From Macrostomum lignano (Eukaryota), in assembly GCA_002269645.1 (NCBI GenBank), contig NIVC01000491.1, forward strand, positions 372,001 through 436,000: 64,000 nt of DNA, given 5' to 3'. Under the pieces are notes generated by a model. That model was not told where the DNA came from, made no database searches, and saw only the letters and a list, made by a program, of their open reading frames with translations. This document shows, piece by piece, positions 61,792 to 64,000 of the stretch (within the stretch, counting starts at the first letter, position 1; each line of letters begins with the position of its first letter). Position numbers and translations under genes: made by a program.

Positions 61792-62105
61792 AGCACCAGA
61801 GGCGCCAGCACCAGAGGCGCCAGCACCAGAGGCGCCAGCACCAGAGGCGCCAGCACCAGAGGCGCCAGCACCAGAGGCGCCAGCACCAGAGGCGCCAGCA
61901 CCAGAGGCGCCAGCACCAGAGGCGCCAGCACCAGAGGCGCCAGCACCAGAGGCGCCAGCACCAGAGGCGCCAGCACCAGAGGCGCCAGCACCAGAGGCGC
62001 CAGCACCAGAGGCGCCAGCACCAGAGGCGCCAGCACCAGAGGCGCCAGCACCAGAGGCGCCAGCACCAGAGGCGCCAGCACCAGAGGCGCCAGCACCAGA
62101 GGCGC
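61792..62105. repeat. Perfect 15-bp tandem repeat (AGCACCAGAGGCGCC), about 21 copies, intronic
   Basis: Direct inspection. Confidence 0.99.
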
Positions 62106-62539
62106 TATAACTATAAAGTTATAAAGTTATAACTAAAGTACAGAATGTATGGAATTAGCCGCAACACTTTTGGCTGATGAAGACTCGCAGGTTTTGTTTG
62201 AGCTTTGCTGCCTGTTTACCTTTGACAGAAAACTTCTGTCAGTTTGTACGGAGAAAACAGAATGAAAGTGCAAATATAAAAGTGAGAATGAAGTCTGAAA
62301 TAGGCGGGGAAGCTTGGCATCTGAGCGGAATTATGCCCTCTGTTTGTTCAGATTGCGTTGGGAAATTTCCTTTGACAAAACTTTTCCGCGTGTTTACTGT
62401 GACACGCAATGCCAGTTGGGAAGCAGGAATTGCTACAGGAGGAAGTGGCGGATGTGATTGAGAAATAGTCGAGTGAGTTAAAACAAAGGCGGAATAAACA
62501 ATGAGCTTCCTGCTTAAAGTTTTGAACGATGCCTAAGAG

Positions 62540-62995
62540 GGTGAGCTAATCTGAGAGATAGAGGGTGAGATAAGGTGAGAGATAGCGGGTGAGATAGACT
62601 GAAAGATAAGGGTGAGATAAGATGAGAGATAGAGGGTGAGATAAGGTGAGAGATAGCGGGTGAGATAGACTGAAAGATAAGGATGAGATAAGATGAGTGA
62701 TAAAGGTGAGATAAGGTGAGAGATAGCGGGTGAGATAGACTGAAAGATAAGGATGAGATAAGATGAGTGATAAAGGTGAGATAAGGTGAGATATAGCGGG
62801 TGAGACAAGATGAGAGACAGGGTGAGATAAGGTGAGAGATGGAGAGAGATAAAGGGTCAGATATCGTAGAGGGTGGGATAAGGTAAGAGATAGATGGTGA
62901 GATAGAGAGAAAGGTAGTGGGTAAGAGAGCGAGAGATAAGGGTGAGATAAGATGAGATAGAGGGTGAGATAAGGTGAGAGAGTGAGAGATATAGA
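62540..62995. repeat. GA-rich degenerate tandem repeat (GAGATAAGGTGAGAGATAGCGGGT...)
   Basis: Direct inspection. Confidence 0.9.
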
Positions 62996-63674
62996 GTTTG
63001 AGCTAGGGTAGGAGAGAGGGTCGGAAATGTGTTGAGAGACAGATGAATAGAATCCGAGCTCCAATACATTTTATTCGATATTGTACTCAACGCTAGGCCA
63101 TAATGAAGTAGAAGAACAGAGAGAATCGAAGACTCAAAGGAGACTAAAACGCACATTAAAGGTCAAATAATAACTGCACTAAAAGCCAATGCATCTGGCT
63201 ATGCTAAAAGGTTTTTCGAAAAAAGGCGCTGCATTTAGTCAGTCCATATGCAGCATTGCAAATGCGCTCACTCTGATGCAGAAGTGCTGGCTAAAGAGTT
63301 CTCCATCAGGGAGGCTGTTAACTCCATGGCAACGGCAGTTTGATGATGATGCTGTTTTTTCGATTCTAAAAAAATTGGCAATGAATAATTGCAGATAAAT
63401 AATGCAATTTCTATGCAAAAGCGTGGAGTAGATCATTAGATTGAATAGGGTTGGTTCGAAATAAAGATGAGATGCATTAGCAGTTCATGGCTCATTCAGT
63501 GATGCCAATATCTGACAATTGCACTATGATCTGGGGTGAGATTTTTCATAATATGGGGTGAGAAATTTCATGATTCGAGGTGAGATTTTTCAAGATTTGG
63601 GGTGAAATTTAACATAATTTACATACTGATACTGTTGCTTGGCGAGCTTTTGCTGGCAGGAGGTGACCTTTAAC

Positions 63675-64000
63675 TGGGGAGAGATAGAATGAGAAAGAAT
63701 CAGATAGAATCAGATCAGAATCAGATAGAATCAGATTGGGTGAGATAGAATGGGGAGAGATAGAATGAAGAGAGATAGAATGGGGAGAGATAGAATGAGG
63801 AGAGATAGAATGGGGAGAGATAGAATGGGGGAGATAGAATGGGAGAGATAGAACAGGAGAGATAAAAAGGGGAGAGAAATAATTAAGAGAGATAGAATGG
63901 GGAGAAATAGAATGGGAAGAGATTGAATGGGGAGAGATAGAAAAGGGAGAGATAGAATGGGAGAGATAAAATGAGAAGAGATAGAATGGGGAGCGATAGA
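63675..64000. repeat. GA-rich minisatellite (GAGAGATAGAATGGG-type), runs off the window end
   Basis: Direct inspection. Confidence 0.9.

Noticed and set aside
61405-62124. 239-aa + strand ORF with (GASTR)n and its antisense (LVLAP)n
   Set aside because: Artefact of the 15-bp repeat plus the antisense of the CBARP-like exon.

Overview
Repeat-dense animal genomic DNA. It has TTAGGG telomeric repeats, GT-AG introns and poly-Q/A/G-rich exons, and the style suggests a free-living flatworm such as Macrostomum (inference only). Most of the window is nested transposon debris (Harbinger-like, IS630/Tc1, Gypsy, solo LTR, THAP, EnSpm/CACTA-like, hAT MITEs, RTE) plus large micro- and minisatellite arrays. 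The only clear host coding sequence is the terminal exon of a CBARP/BARP-like gene (59.7-61.7 kb, minus); there is also a decayed KDM3/JMJD1 JmjC exon (27.8-28.0 kb). The most notable region is 15.9-24.8 kb. An intact Crypton-type tyrosine recombinase with hairpin ends is followed on the same strand by an intron-containing gene. That gene reconstructs to about 766 aa after removing an RTE insertion with an 8-bp TSD and correcting one frameshift, and ends in a Rep-like SF3 helicase. A repeat-bearing intergenic region and a second spliced zinc-finger gene follow. This may be an undescribed virus-like or YR-mobilised element. Other points of interest are a DD30E IS630/Tc1 transposon, a minimal hammerhead ribozyme and strong enrichment of the motif CCATAGAC. 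All calls were made by eye without database searches.
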